From Minisyncoccota bacterium (GTDB lineage: Bacteria > Patescibacteriota > Minisyncoccia > Phycocordibacterales > JAGLPS01): a stretch of DNA of 49,740 nucleotides. A program made the translations under genes and the position numbers. Shown piece by piece: positions 7,902 to 18,066 of the stretch. Position 1 is the first letter of the stretch, and each line of letters starts with the position of its first letter. The DNA is taken from the NCBI GenBank assembly GCA_023137185.1, contig JAGLPS010000018.1, forward strand, positions 1-49,740, written 5' to 3'. The notes beneath the pieces were generated by a model. It saw only the letters and a program-made list of their open reading frames with translations, was not told where the DNA came from and made no database searches.

Positions 7902-8951
7902 TTATTTCCCTAAATACAGACGTTTATTCTGTTTGTGCCCTTCAAAAGTACGCGCATAGTGCATCACCCCTTCCTTGTCGGAAAGAAAATAAAGGTAAGG
8001 TGTTTCTATGGGAGTAACAGTCGCCTGTATCGCACTTAGCCCCGGATTTGCAATTGGTGTCGGTGGAAGTCCTTTGTATTTATATGAATTGTACAGGGAA
8101 TCTATAGTGAGATCTTCTGTAGTAAGTTCAAAAGAATTTTTACCATTAATGTACGCGAAAGAAACATCTACCTGAAGCGGCATATCGATGGACAATCGGT
8201 TCCAGAGAACACCCGCTATCGTTCGTCTTGTGTTCATATTCCGCGCCTCCTTTTCAACAATTGAGGCCATTTTAATAATGTCTTCAAGCGGTTTCCCAAA
8301 ATCTTCAATTTCTTGAGAAAGCTCTGTAATTTTTTCAGAAAAATTTTTCTTCATTACGGCAATTACTTCGGCAGCTTCCACATTTGGAAGAAACAGATAT
8401 GTGTCCGGAAAAAGATATCCTTCAGTAGCTATTTCAAGAAATTTTTCCTTATTAAATTTGCCGAATTTTTTTTCGAATAAATCGGCAATTTCAAAAATAT
8501 TCTGTCCCTCAAATACAGTGATAGATACAGGTTCAAGACCATGCTCATCAGCGGTAATACGACGAGCAACAGAAAAAATAGTGCTCGGTTTCTTAAAAAA
8601 ATAGTCCCCCGCAAACACATAGTTGTCTCCCCCAAAAAGCACCGCAAACACTTTAAACCAGAAAATTGAACGAACAATATGTTGTTCCTGCAGTAATTCT
8701 GCCGTTTCAGAAAGTGTCGCTCCTTTTTCTATGGTAACAATCGCCCCCTCGGGAAAATTTGACGGAGGACTCCAGAAAAAAACGTAGAAAAAAAAGGCGA
8801 AGACAAGAATAAAGACCAGAAGAAAACTGTTCAGTTTAAAATTTTTGTTATACCACGAAAAAAAGTTTTTCCTTGTCCAAGAAAATATATTCACCAGTCT
8901 TTGAAAAAAATTATTAAGAAACCTCATCGTGAATGAAAGAAAAGATGACAT
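7902..8951 (-). CDS. mltG: endolytic murein transglycosylase (YceG-like)
   Basis: N-terminal TM plus the YceG signature ASIVEKEA...VLWNRL...YNSYKYKGLPPTPIANPG. Confidence 0.85.
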   Translation of the reverse strand: MSSFLSFTMRFLNNFFQRLVNIFSWTRKNFFSWYNKNFKLNSFLLVFILVFAFFFYVFFWSPPSNFPEGAIVTIEKGATLSETAELLQEQHIVRSIFWFKVFAVLFGGDNYVFAGDYFFKKPSTIFSVARRITADEHGLEPVSITVFEGQNIFEIADLFEKKFGKFNKEKFLEIATEGYLFPDTYLFLPNVEAAEVIAVMKKNFSEKITELSQEIEDFGKPLEDIIKMASIVEKEARNMNTRRTIAGVLWNRLSIDMPLQVDVSFAYINGKNSFELTTEDLTIDSLYNSYKYKGLPPTPIANPGLSAIQATVTPIETPYLYFLSDKEGVMHYARTFEGHKQNKRLYLGK

Positions 8952-8954
8952 AGA

Positions 8955-10178
8955 TTAAACAGGGAGATTCGCGGGAGGCTCGGCTTTTCGCGACGGAACA
9001 CGAGACAGGGTTGGCGTTGCGATGACTTTTCCCGGGAAGTGAAATACAGTCGCGAGTTCTTCCGTCGTAAGAATAAACGGTTTATTTCGATAGTGCTTGT
9101 GCGGAAAATTGAAATATGAACGACGCTTATACGCGTCAATCATTGTTTTTTCTATTTTTCGTTTTCGAAAATTGTGAAAATCTTGCCACGGATATTGAAA
9201 TGAACTGAATTTTCCCAATTTAAATCCGTTACGATTATTCGCGCTAAATTGCCGAAGGCAACCTATAAGACCAGTAATGGTAGAACCGTCAAACGCATTT
9301 TTCTCCGCAATATAATAACCGCGAATCATTGTTTCAAAAGCAAATTTTCCAATACTTCGCTCAATTGCCTGTATTATGTCCCTTTTTCCTTCCGTTATAT
9401 GAGTAATGCCTGGAGTTTCTGAATCTTCAAAATGTGATTCTTTAATAATTTTTTCGACTTCCTTTTTAGCACTATCTTTCCAATCTTTTTTAGGAAATAC
9501 TGCGTCTTTCCATGTGAGTTCTCGATGCGCTTGAATAAGAATTTGAATGAGTACCATTTCCCCCTTTTTTAAACCACCCAAATATTCCATTAAAGGAGAC
9601 ATTGGATCAACCTTAAATTCTTCTTTAGGGTCTTTGTCCAAGCCGTAATCAATATATGTTTTTATTGGATAAATATCCTTGCCGGTAAGTTTGAAATTGG
9701 TGAACCAATGAGTATTTTTATCCGTATCATAATAAAGACTCTTGCTGTAATCTTCTACCTCATAAATTTCCACTTCCGGATACTGGGAATAAATACTGTT
9801 TTCAACTACTCTTTTGTATTTCGCCGGTGTCCAAATGTAAAAATGCACCTCTCCCCCGAAAGATACGAATTCAAGAGAAAACCACGGACGCACTTCTCCT
9901 TTAAAATATCCCTCAAGGTACGACACTTTTTTTGCTTGATATAATTGTACAAAAACCAACTCCATCACTGCCGGTGATTTCAAAATTTCCTGTGGAAGCT
10001 TTATTTCAAGAAGCACTGACCCCTGCGATTGAATGAATTTCGCTCTGCTATATTCCATCCATAAACAGAAAAAGGTCACACCAAGTATAGATGGTACCCA
10101 CACAAATGCTGTTGATATAAGAACAGAAAACCCTGCCCCTAATTGTTCCTGAAATTGTAAGAAAACTTGTTCTAACAC
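8955..10178 (-). CDS. hypothetical membrane-anchored protein
   Basis: 407-aa ORF with N-terminal TM, tightly packed in a co-directional gene string; family not recognised. Confidence 0.5.
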   Translation of the reverse strand: MLEQVFLQFQEQLGAGFSVLISTAFVWVPSILGVTFFCLWMEYSRAKFIQSQGSVLLEIKLPQEILKSPAVMELVFVQLYQAKKVSYLEGYFKGEVRPWFSLEFVSFGGEVHFYIWTPAKYKRVVENSIYSQYPEVEIYEVEDYSKSLYYDTDKNTHWFTNFKLTGKDIYPIKTYIDYGLDKDPKEEFKVDPMSPLMEYLGGLKKGEMVLIQILIQAHRELTWKDAVFPKKDWKDSAKKEVEKIIKESHFEDSETPGITHITEGKRDIIQAIERSIGKFAFETMIRGYYIAEKNAFDGSTITGLIGCLRQFSANNRNGFKLGKFSSFQYPWQDFHNFRKRKIEKTMIDAYKRRSYFNFPHKHYRNKPFILTTEELATVFHFPGKVIATPTLSRVPSRKAEPPANLPV

Positions 10179-10297
10179 AACTTTAAGTATACCCTCAGAG
10201 AAGTTGAAAGTCGAAAGTTTATAAAGTTACAAAGTCCACAAAATCAAAAGTCTGTAAAATTGTATGAAATAGAAAAATTTATTAACTTGAAAGCTCT

Positions 10298-10333
10298 ACT
10301 TGGAGGCTCAGCCTCCAAGTATGGTGTAGCAAT
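10298..10333 (+). repeat. variant TTGGAGGC hairpin plus ATGGTGTAGCAAT box
   Basis: ACTTGGAGGCTCAGCCTCCAAGT followed by ATGGTGTAGCAAT. Confidence 0.6.
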
Positions 10334-10351
10334 AGAAAAACGAGTATGGGG

Positions 10352-11392
10352 TTAGCTCACGGAATAATATTGTCCTTCTTTGTCTTTTTTAAATATTTTA
10401 GGATTCTGCAAATTAACAACGATTGTATTCTCCTTGACGTATCGCTCTTTCAAGACCTTGTCAATAATTTCTTGCTTGGTAAGCGGTCCGTGTTTGTCAA
10501 GAACTTTCTTTATCACATCCCTAACAACGCCACTCATATATCCCCATTCAGCAAGCGCGTATAATCCGCGACCGACAAGAACAAAGCGAGCATCCTTTAT
10601 AAGCTCGTTGTGAGTAGTCGCGACATGAGCCTTTTTGCTAAAAACTTTAGTGATTGATTCAGCAACGTCTCGGAAATGTATTGGAGAGCCATGTTTACGG
10701 ATTACTAAAAACGCATAATCACGCATCCCGCGGGCATTAATATTTGAGGAATCTGATCGTCCCCATTCTCCGAGAGAATTCCGTCCAATTTTCTTCGAAA
10801 GCGAAAGCCATCGTTTGATAATCTCCTCATTTTTATATTTTTCGGCAATATCCTTAATTTCATTGAGAAAGGTTCCAATAAAATCAGCTTCGGCAACAAG
10901 ATCTTCGTTTGAGAGATCCTCGTATACTTTTTTAAGAGATGTATGAATTTTCTCCGCGAGCTCACTATCAATATGCCAACGGTCTTTGAAATTTTCATCT
11001 TCTTTCTCTTTGCTAAAATGCTCGCCGATAACAAGAAGAAAGTGAATGTGGTTTTTCCCGCTATCATCTTTTGCGAATGTTTCTAGAAATTCGCCTTCAC
11101 TTATCATTCCTCCCATCGCGTCAATTTTCGAGTAAAGCTCCTCAAAGACAGGAAGTGTCTCTTTATGCTCCTTTGATTTACGAATATGTTCAAGAGAATA
11201 ATTTTCAATCTGACGGACTCTTTCACGGGTAATACCATATTTCTTTCCGATTGACTCAAGTGTGAGACGTTTTGCATTTTCCCCAAGCCCATACCGACTA
11301 GCAATCACATCACGAGCTCTGGGAACTAAAACAGAGAGTAATTTTTTGACTACTTGTTTCGATTTGAATGCAGTTGTATTTTTTGTGGCCAC
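10352..11392 (-). CDS. sigma-70 region 4-like HTH protein with C-terminal HARE-HTH-like domain
   Basis: LESIGKKYGITRERVRQIE region-4 HTH near the N-terminus; AFLVIRKHGSPIHFRDVAESI near the C-terminus. Confidence 0.6.
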   Translation of the reverse strand: MATKNTTAFKSKQVVKKLLSVLVPRARDVIASRYGLGENAKRLTLESIGKKYGITRERVRQIENYSLEHIRKSKEHKETLPVFEELYSKIDAMGGMISEGEFLETFAKDDSGKNHIHFLLVIGEHFSKEKEDENFKDRWHIDSELAEKIHTSLKKVYEDLSNEDLVAEADFIGTFLNEIKDIAEKYKNEEIIKRWLSLSKKIGRNSLGEWGRSDSSNINARGMRDYAFLVIRKHGSPIHFRDVAESITKVFSKKAHVATTHNELIKDARFVLVGRGLYALAEWGYMSGVVRDVIKKVLDKHGPLTKQEIIDKVLKERYVKENTIVVNLQNPKIFKKDKEGQYYSVS

Positions 11393-11488
11393 GTTTGGTT
11401 TTATTTAACACCTTATTCTCTTTGTTTCTCAAGAAAATTCAACAGGTTCACTTAGTTTTATCACTACATTTCAAGTAAGTCAAGCATA

Positions 11489-13876
11489 TTATACAACAAA
11501 ATTAATTAGGCGATTTTTGATATAAATCGCCTTCTTTATATTTTTTCCCGCTACCCACTTTTGGATACTGTTAAGACTAAGGGCTTGTGCTTTAACAACC
11601 TCTTCGGTAGCGTCCCGTGGCATTGAAAACTCTCCCCGAACTCTCCCATTTATCTGCACTGCGATAGATACCGTGTTGTGTTCGAGCTTGGAAACATCAT
11701 AGCTAGGCCATTTTTCCAGATGAATTGAACGTGTGTGACCAAGTTTCTCCCACAGTTCTTCTGTAATGTGCGGAGCAAATGGCGCGAGAACTTTTAAAAA
11801 TGTTTCAAATTTTTCCTGTGATATTTTTTCTTTACCTTCTAATGAATTAAGAAAAATCATCATTTGGGAAATGGCGGTATTAAAATGAAAGTTTTTGATA
11901 TCATCGGTAACTTTTTTGATTGTCTGATTAAATATGATGTCATCTATTTCATCTGTAAGAGAAATTTTTTCCGATATATTCCAGATACGCTCTATAAATC
12001 TACGAGAACCAACAAGATTATCAGTACTCCAATCAATTGATGCCTCAAATGGCCCCATAAAGGTTTCGTAGACACGCAATGCGTCCGCCCCAAAGTTACG
12101 CACTATATCGTCTGGATTTATCACATTTCCAAAACGTTTGCTCATTTTCTTCCCATCTGAACCCATAATAAGACCCTGATTCTTAAGCTTCATAAAAGGC
12201 TCTTCCGTGCTTACCGTTCCAATGTCATAAAGAAACTTGTGCCAAAAACGAGCGTAAATAAGATGGCGAGTCGCGTGCTCCGTTCCTCCCACATACATAT
12301 CAACTGGCATCCAATACTTTTCCTTCTTTAAATCAATAAGCGTCTTTTCATTTTTAGGGTCAATATAGCGTAAGTAGTACCAGCAAGAACCTGCCCATTG
12401 CGGCATTGTGTTTGTTTCTCTCCTGCCTTCTCCTCCGCATTTCGGACATTTTACGTTTACCCATTCAAAAATATTCGCGAGAGGAGACTCGCCTGTTCCT
12501 GTTGGTTCATAATGTTCCACTTCCGGTAATTCCACAGGTAAATCTTTTTCTGGCACAGGCACAATCCCGCATTTCTCACAATGAATAAGAGGGATTGGCT
12601 CCCCCCAATACCGCTGGCGGGAAAACACCCAATCGCGGAGTTTGTATTGAACTTTTTCCTTTCCTCCTGCAAACTTGGTGATTTCTTTCTTTGCTTTTTC
12701 ACTTTCCATTCCGTCAAATTTTCCAGAATTGACAAGTCCTCCCGAACCAATATAAGCATTTTCTTTTATGTTTCCTCCTTTTATAACCTCTACTACTGGA
12801 AGATTAAATTTTTTAGCAAACTCAAAATCCCTATCATCGTGAGCTGGCACCGCCATAATAGCTCCAGTTCCATATCCCGAAAGCACATAATTGGTAATCC
12901 ATACAGAAATTTCTTCTCCATTCGCTGGATTCTTCGCGAGAATTCCCGTATTTACACCTTCTTTCTCCGGAACTTCATCTGCCGCTCTTGCTAATTCTTT
13001 TTTTAAGGTCTTTTCAACAAATTTCTTAATTTCGTCATTCACTTCCCAACCGGTATCAATCCATTTCTGCGCGAGCTCCGCTGAAATAGCGACAAAAGTC
13101 GCCCCGAATAAGGTATCCGGTCGCGTAGTAAAGACTTTTAGAGAAGTTGGTAGTTTGCGGTCAGTAGTTTGTAGTATAAATTCAAATTCAGCGCCCTCAC
13201 TTCTTCCTATCCAATTTCTTTGGGATTCTTTTATTGATTCCGGCCAATCCAATTCATCTAAGTCTTTAAGCAACCTATCGGCGTAATCGGTAATTTTTAA
13301 CACCCATTGGCGAAGTGGCCGTTTTTCCACTATTGAGCCACATCGCTCGCATTTTCCATCTTCTAAATCCTCACTTGCAAGACCTGTCTTGCAAGATGGA
13401 CACCAATTAATAGGCTCGTGGGATTCGTACGCAAGGCCTTTCTTAAACATTTGTAAAAACGTCCACTGCGTCCATTTGTAGTATGCGGGGTCCGTAGTAT
13501 TTATTTCTTTCTCCCAGTCGTAACTAAAACCTATCATCTCCAACTGCTCTTTGTAGCGTTTTACATTTTTCTCAACCGCGATACGCGGATGAATTTTGTT
13601 TTTTATCGCATAGTTTTCAGCAGGGAGACCAAATGCGTCCCACCCCATAGGATGAAGAACATTGCAACCATTCATTCTCTTAAAACGAGAAAAAACATCT
13701 GTGGCAATATATCCTTTTGGATGGCCAACGTGAAGTCCTTCTCCCGAGGGATATGGAAACATATCGAGAACATAAATTTTTTCCTGCCCCTTTTTTTCGG
13801 TTGTTTTATATAGATTATCTTTCCTCCACCTTTTCTGCCATTTTTTTTCTATTTCATTGTGGTTATACAAAGTCAT
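11489..13876 (-). CDS. leuS: leucine--tRNA ligase
   Basis: HVGHPKGY (HIGH) and KMSKRFGN (KMSKS) motifs; 795 aa, bacterial type. Confidence 0.96.
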   Translation of the reverse strand: MTLYNHNEIEKKWQKRWRKDNLYKTTEKKGQEKIYVLDMFPYPSGEGLHVGHPKGYIATDVFSRFKRMNGCNVLHPMGWDAFGLPAENYAIKNKIHPRIAVEKNVKRYKEQLEMIGFSYDWEKEINTTDPAYYKWTQWTFLQMFKKGLAYESHEPINWCPSCKTGLASEDLEDGKCERCGSIVEKRPLRQWVLKITDYADRLLKDLDELDWPESIKESQRNWIGRSEGAEFEFILQTTDRKLPTSLKVFTTRPDTLFGATFVAISAELAQKWIDTGWEVNDEIKKFVEKTLKKELARAADEVPEKEGVNTGILAKNPANGEEISVWITNYVLSGYGTGAIMAVPAHDDRDFEFAKKFNLPVVEVIKGGNIKENAYIGSGGLVNSGKFDGMESEKAKKEITKFAGGKEKVQYKLRDWVFSRQRYWGEPIPLIHCEKCGIVPVPEKDLPVELPEVEHYEPTGTGESPLANIFEWVNVKCPKCGGEGRRETNTMPQWAGSCWYYLRYIDPKNEKTLIDLKKEKYWMPVDMYVGGTEHATRHLIYARFWHKFLYDIGTVSTEEPFMKLKNQGLIMGSDGKKMSKRFGNVINPDDIVRNFGADALRVYETFMGPFEASIDWSTDNLVGSRRFIERIWNISEKISLTDEIDDIIFNQTIKKVTDDIKNFHFNTAISQMMIFLNSLEGKEKISQEKFETFLKVLAPFAPHITEELWEKLGHTRSIHLEKWPSYDVSKLEHNTVSIAVQINGRVRGEFSMPRDATEEVVKAQALSLNSIQKWVAGKNIKKAIYIKNRLINFVV

Positions 13877-13890
13877 ACGTTTGAGTATAA

Positions 13891-13921
13891 ATCAAAAGAG
13901 CGGATAAGTCGCTCTTTTGAT
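13891..13921 (-). terminator. hairpin downstream of the 13929 gene
   Basis: ATCAAAAGAGCG/CGCTCTTTTGAT 12-bp stem. Confidence 0.5.
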
Positions 13922-13928
13922 TTGGAAA

Positions 13929-14888
13929 CTATTGTATACGTATAACTTTTGGTTCAACTAGAGGATATCTGTCTGGATCAATCGTTCGTGTATAACAGAA
14001 ACGTCCCGCGTCATGCGCCCAATTATCCTCAGCGGGTGGAGTAAATTCCGGATAACGAAATTCCACACCTTTTCCTGATTCGCTTGGAAAGTTGAAATCA
14101 GCGCATAATTCAAAAGAAAGTGCTCCTACAACTGTATATTCATACTGTTCGTAACCTTCCGGCAATGAAAAATATGAAAGAGAATCTTCCAAGTCTTGAA
14201 GCCGTTCCGGCAATTTTTCCTTGTGTTGCCAATAAGAAACAATTTCAGTTTGGATATTCTGCAACTGGTACACTTTTTGTTGGTCAACTTTAAGTTTCTG
14301 CTGTTTTACCGGCGAACCAATTATAACGAACGCGAGCGACACTACAAGAAGAACGGCAACGCCAAAGAGTGAGCCGTAGAGTTTATTTTGTTTATTGCTC
14401 ACCTTTTCCTGAATATCAGCAAGGTAGTACCCGAATACCGCAATTAAAACAATAAATACAGAAGCTACTTTCAGAAGAAAATTGCCCGTCAGACTGTCCC
14501 CGCTTACAAATTGACGCACCAATACAAAAAGGTCTATTGATATCGCTAGACCAGTTACAAAAAGTGTCAAATATATAAGCCACTTGCGAACCCACAGTTG
14601 TTTCTTTTCAGGAGCGGCAGAGTAGCTTTTATTCATCAACCATGAAAGAAAAATGTAGAGTGGAACAAAAATAATCAATAGAGATACTGGGACGCTCAAC
14701 GAATCTGACGAAACTCCGTACGAAAGCGGCAAGTTCGGGAAGGAATAATTTATAAGGTCGAATAAGAGGTTGAGAAAACTGATAACCGCGACGTACAGCG
14801 CGACAATCACCCCGAGGTGAAGAAAGAAGTCAGCCGCCGTTGTCTTAGGCTTTGAATTTCCCATATCTTGTATTAGTTGATTTTCCAT
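13929..14888 (-). CDS. DUF5671-like multi-pass membrane protein
   Basis: several TM helices after AADFFLHLGVIVALYV. The ATG at 14888 is preferred over the longest ORF start at 14996. Confidence 0.5.
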   Translation of the reverse strand: MENQLIQDMGNSKPKTTAADFFLHLGVIVALYVAVISFLNLLFDLINYSFPNLPLSYGVSSDSLSVPVSLLIIFVPLYIFLSWLMNKSYSAAPEKKQLWVRKWLIYLTLFVTGLAISIDLFVLVRQFVSGDSLTGNFLLKVASVFIVLIAVFGYYLADIQEKVSNKQNKLYGSLFGVAVLLVVSLAFVIIGSPVKQQKLKVDQQKVYQLQNIQTEIVSYWQHKEKLPERLQDLEDSLSYFSLPEGYEQYEYTVVGALSFELCADFNFPSESGKGVEFRYPEFTPPAEDNWAHDAGRFCYTRTIDPDRYPLVEPKVIRIQ

Positions 14889-15020
14889 AATTATGTGGTT
14901 AATTTTTAATACTGTATCTATTATAAACGGTAATGCACTTAACGCCAAGAGAGTAAAAGGTATGCCTTTTTGTTCCAATGTCACTGGCTCATTCAAAATT
15001 ATAAGGTTCAGCCTTGAAAC

Positions 15021-15114
15021 AAATTACACCACATTTGGAAGCTCAACTTCCAAATGTGGTGTAATTTTATGTGTTTTAGGCATTCCGGACACTTTTGGAC
15101 ACTCAGTGTCCAAA
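15021..15114 (-). repeat. composite intergenic repeat (47-nt palindrome including the ATTACACCACA box, plus TTTGGACAC hairpin)
   Basis: AAATTACACCACATTTGGAAGC-TCAA-CTTCCAAATGTGGTGTAATTT (15021-15067) and TTTGGACACTCAGTGTCCAAA (15094-15114). Confidence 0.8.
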
Positions 15115-15140
15115 TAGTGTTTAAATGCTTGTCAAAATAA

Positions 15141-15168
15141 AAAAGAGACGTCTTAATTTAAAGACGCC
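15141..15168 (-). terminator. putative intrinsic terminator after the 15264 gene
   Basis: CGTCTT/AAGACG stem followed by a T-run on the minus strand. Confidence 0.4.
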
Positions 15169-15263
15169 CCAGAACTACTTTACAAAGATTTTTACAAAAA
15201 TTTTCGCAGTTTAACCGCGGGAATTATACAATGTTCAATACTATTCGCGCTTTTTTCTAACAT

Positions 15264-15455
15264 TCAATCTGAATACCGTATTCCCAAAAAACAAACCGTA
15301 GCAGCAATTATCCCCGAAATAGTCAGCATCCCTATAACCACGTAATAAACTATAGTAAAGAATTCCATTTCACCCCCCTTATTTTTAATTTGGAAACTAA
15401 TTTTTCTAAGAAGAAAAGTACCACTTATAAAAGTTAAAGTCAATGTTTGAATCAA
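15264..15455 (-). CDS. small hypothetical membrane protein
   Basis: 63-aa ORF with a C-terminal TM, directly downstream of ychF. Confidence 0.3.
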   Translation of the reverse strand: MIQTLTLTFISGTFLLRKISFQIKNKGGEMEFFTIVYYVVIGMLTISGIIAATVCFLGIRYSD

Positions 15456-15458
15456 AAT

Positions 15459-16568
15459 CTATATTTTGAATTCTACGACATCTCCGTCAGAAACGATGTA
15501 TTCTTTGCCTTCGGTGCGAAGCAGTCCTCTTTCTCTTGCTTTCGCGAATGAACCGACCTGCAAAAGCGTTTCCCAATTAATAACATCGGCGCGGATAAAT
15601 TTATCTCTAAAATCGGTATGAATTGCAGCGCCAGCGAGAGGTGCTGTTGAGCCCTCTTTTATCGTCCAGCCTCGCGTTTCGTCTTCTCCTGTTGTGAAAA
15701 AAGTTATTAGAGAAAGCATTTCGTATCCTTTTTTTATGAGTTTGTCTGTACCATCGTCTTTGCCTCCTAGTTCACTGCGAAATGATTCTTTTTCCTTCTT
15801 ATCAAGGGTTTTTAATTCGTCTTCTATTTTTGCGTCTACAAGAATCCACGGTGAGTGTGTTTTTTTAAAAAACGCAATTAGTTTTTCAAAGTGGCTATTT
15901 TTTTCGCCATCTGATAAATCATCAAGATTTTTTCCGCCCGCTTTTTTGTTCAAAATATAAAGAATCGGTTTGGAAGTAAGCAAATGAAGCCTTCTCACCA
16001 TCTTTGTCTCTTCTTCCGTGAAAGATACAGAAGAGGCAAGACCTCCTTCTTTAAGTGCCCGTTCAAAACGTTCAAGAATTTTAGCCTCAAGAACCATCTC
16101 TTTATCTCCCCTTTTCACGTCTTTTTCAATATTGCCGCGCCGTTTGGTAACAGTCTGTAAATCGGCAAGTGTTAATTCAAGATTGATTGTTTCAATATCA
16201 GAAAGCGGATCAATTGCACTGTTCACGTGGAGTACATTCTGGTCTTCAAAAATTCGCACTACCTGCGCAATAACGTCTACCTCTCGAATATGACTTAAAA
16301 ACTGGTTTCCAAGACCTTCGCCTTCGGCGGCGCCTTTTACAAGCCCCGCAATGTCCACGAATTCAACTGCTGCAGGAATTGTCTTGGCTGAATTACTAAA
16401 CGCAGAAAGTTTCCACAAGCGTTCATCGGGCACGGCAACTACACCTATTGAAGGGTCAATGGTGCAAAAGGGGAAATTCTCCGCCGGAACGGTTTTTTTT
16501 GTAAGAGCGTTAAAAAGGGTGCTTTTTCCGACATTCGGTAACCCCACAATTCCGATTGATAGACTCAT
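15459..16568 (-). CDS. ychF: ribosome-binding ATPase YchF
   Basis: IGIVGLPNVGKSTLFNALT P-loop and a TGS-like C-terminus. The ATG at 16568 (MSLSIGIVG) is preferred to the ORF start at 16619. Confidence 0.92.
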   Translation of the reverse strand: MSLSIGIVGLPNVGKSTLFNALTKKTVPAENFPFCTIDPSIGVVAVPDERLWKLSAFSNSAKTIPAAVEFVDIAGLVKGAAEGEGLGNQFLSHIREVDVIAQVVRIFEDQNVLHVNSAIDPLSDIETINLELTLADLQTVTKRRGNIEKDVKRGDKEMVLEAKILERFERALKEGGLASSVSFTEEETKMVRRLHLLTSKPILYILNKKAGGKNLDDLSDGEKNSHFEKLIAFFKKTHSPWILVDAKIEDELKTLDKKEKESFRSELGGKDDGTDKLIKKGYEMLSLITFFTTGEDETRGWTIKEGSTAPLAGAAIHTDFRDKFIRADVINWETLLQVGSFAKARERGLLRTEGKEYIVSDGDVVEFKI

Positions 16569-16634
16569 AATAATTACGATGTGAAGAAATTTAACAATAG
16601 CACTACTCGCCTTGTACAAAGCTGGTAAACACTA

Positions 16635-16655
16635 TTTGGACACTGAGTGTCCAAA
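16635..16655. repeat. solo TTTGGACAC hairpin
   Basis: TTTGGACACTGAGTGTCCAAA. Confidence 0.7.
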
Positions 16656-16685
16656 ATTTTGGTATTTATTAAAAATAGACACCCA

Positions 16686-16910
16686 TTATTTCAAAAGCCC
16701 CTGCAATTCTTCTTGATGGGCTTGCATAACTTCCATAACCGCGGTCTGCTGGTTTTTTCCTTGTTTTATTTTCTCCTGCGTTTCAATGGCAATTTTCTTA
16801 AAAAATTCTGGATTTTTTTCTATAAGATTCAAAATTTGCTCCCGCTGCGTTTCAGAAACATTTTTGAGCTGTGATTTAAGAAACTGTTTTAAAAAGAAAT
16901 TTCCAAACAT
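16686..16910 (-). CDS. small hypothetical helical protein
   Basis: 74-aa charged ORF in a gap; no family recognised. Confidence 0.3.
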   Translation of the reverse strand: MFGNFFLKQFLKSQLKNVSETQREQILNLIEKNPEFFKKIAIETQEKIKQGKNQQTAVMEVMQAHQEELQGLLK

Positions 16911-17241
16911 AGTGGATAATTTTTAACTGTTAGCTATTAGCTTTTAGGGCAAATGCCAAAAAAATATTAATACAAAATAACCTCCACAGCTTATCAGGTT
17001 TCTATTATTGACGCAAAAACCAAATAAATTTTTTTATAAAAGCTAAAAAGTTATCCGCCCAACTGACGGAAAAATACAGCCGTATTTTATGCGCGCTTTT
17101 CAAAAGTTTCATCCCCCCCCCCTTTTTTTGAGTGAGCGTATTATTTTCAAAAGACTCTGCGCAGGCCGTTGAGGTCGAGCAGGAGGAAAAATTTCAGCAG
17201 AAATTTATTCCGTTCTTTTGAAAATAATATGCGAACGGTCT

Positions 17242-18066
17242 TTATTTCAAATATCCAAGCGCGCCGTATAGACCTCCAATCGCGCCAAGTTCTCCTTTTT
17301 TGATGACTGGAATATATGGAAAAGTTTCCAAAAGCTCCTTGAGATACTGCGTTGTTCGATGAAGATCTATACCAGGATGCCCAACAATCATAGGACCCCC
17401 CAACACAATCACTTCTGGAGACCAATACATAATCGTGTTATACAAACCGTACGCAAGCCTTTCTGAAAGCTCCTCCCACACGCCTTCTTCAGTAACATTT
17501 TCAGGATTTATGTTGAAACGCCTTTTAAGCGAAGAACCTGATATAAAATCTTCAAGAGTGCCGCATGGATTATCTCGCGGGAGAACTGCTCCTGAAAAAT
17601 CAATTATATGATGTCCGGGTTCAAAATTGGAAGTTGTAGAATCAATTGATCCATCAACTATCCGTACCCCACCGACACCAGTGCTTATTGTTAAATACGC
17701 GACAATCTTGTACCCCCTCCCAGCGCCAAAAAGCGCTTCCCCCAATCCAACAATTGCCGCATCATTTTCGAGATAAACCTGAGCGCCAATAGCTTTTTTA
17801 ATTTCCTCTTCTGCGGGCTTCCCTTCCCAGCCTTTTAGATGCGGAGACCGAACAAGTGTTCCCTTGTAGAGAGTACCCGCGAGACCGCCCGCCGCGGCTT
17901 TCACTTTTTGCCCTTCTGTCAATTCGCTAACAAGAGAAGATAACACATTCATTCCCTCTTGAAAATCAGAAGGCGTTTTGACAATTTTATGCGCACCTAA
18001 ATGCCTCCCCCCTTCGGATATTCCAACCCTCATTTTAGTTCCCCCAATGTCAAAAAGTATGTACAT
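17242..18066 (-). CDS. ROK family sugar kinase (glucokinase-like)
   Basis: N-terminal DIGGTKMRV ATPase motif and ROK-like length. Confidence 0.75.
   Translation of the reverse strand: MYILFDIGGTKMRVGISEGGRHLGAHKIVKTPSDFQEGMNVLSSLVSELTEGQKVKAAAGGLAGTLYKGTLVRSPHLKGWEGKPAEEEIKKAIGAQVYLENDAAIVGLGEALFGAGRGYKIVAYLTISTGVGGVRIVDGSIDSTTSNFEPGHHIIDFSGAVLPRDNPCGTLEDFISGSSLKRRFNINPENVTEEGVWEELSERLAYGLYNTIMYWSPEVIVLGGPMIVGHPGIDLHRTTQYLKELLETFPYIPVIKKGELGAIGGLYGALGYLK

Noticed and set aside
17147-17425. 92-aa ORF overlapping the ROK gene 3' end
   Set aside because: It is in another frame, overlapping a motif-supported gene, with Trp/Arg/Ser-rich composition typical of spurious frames.
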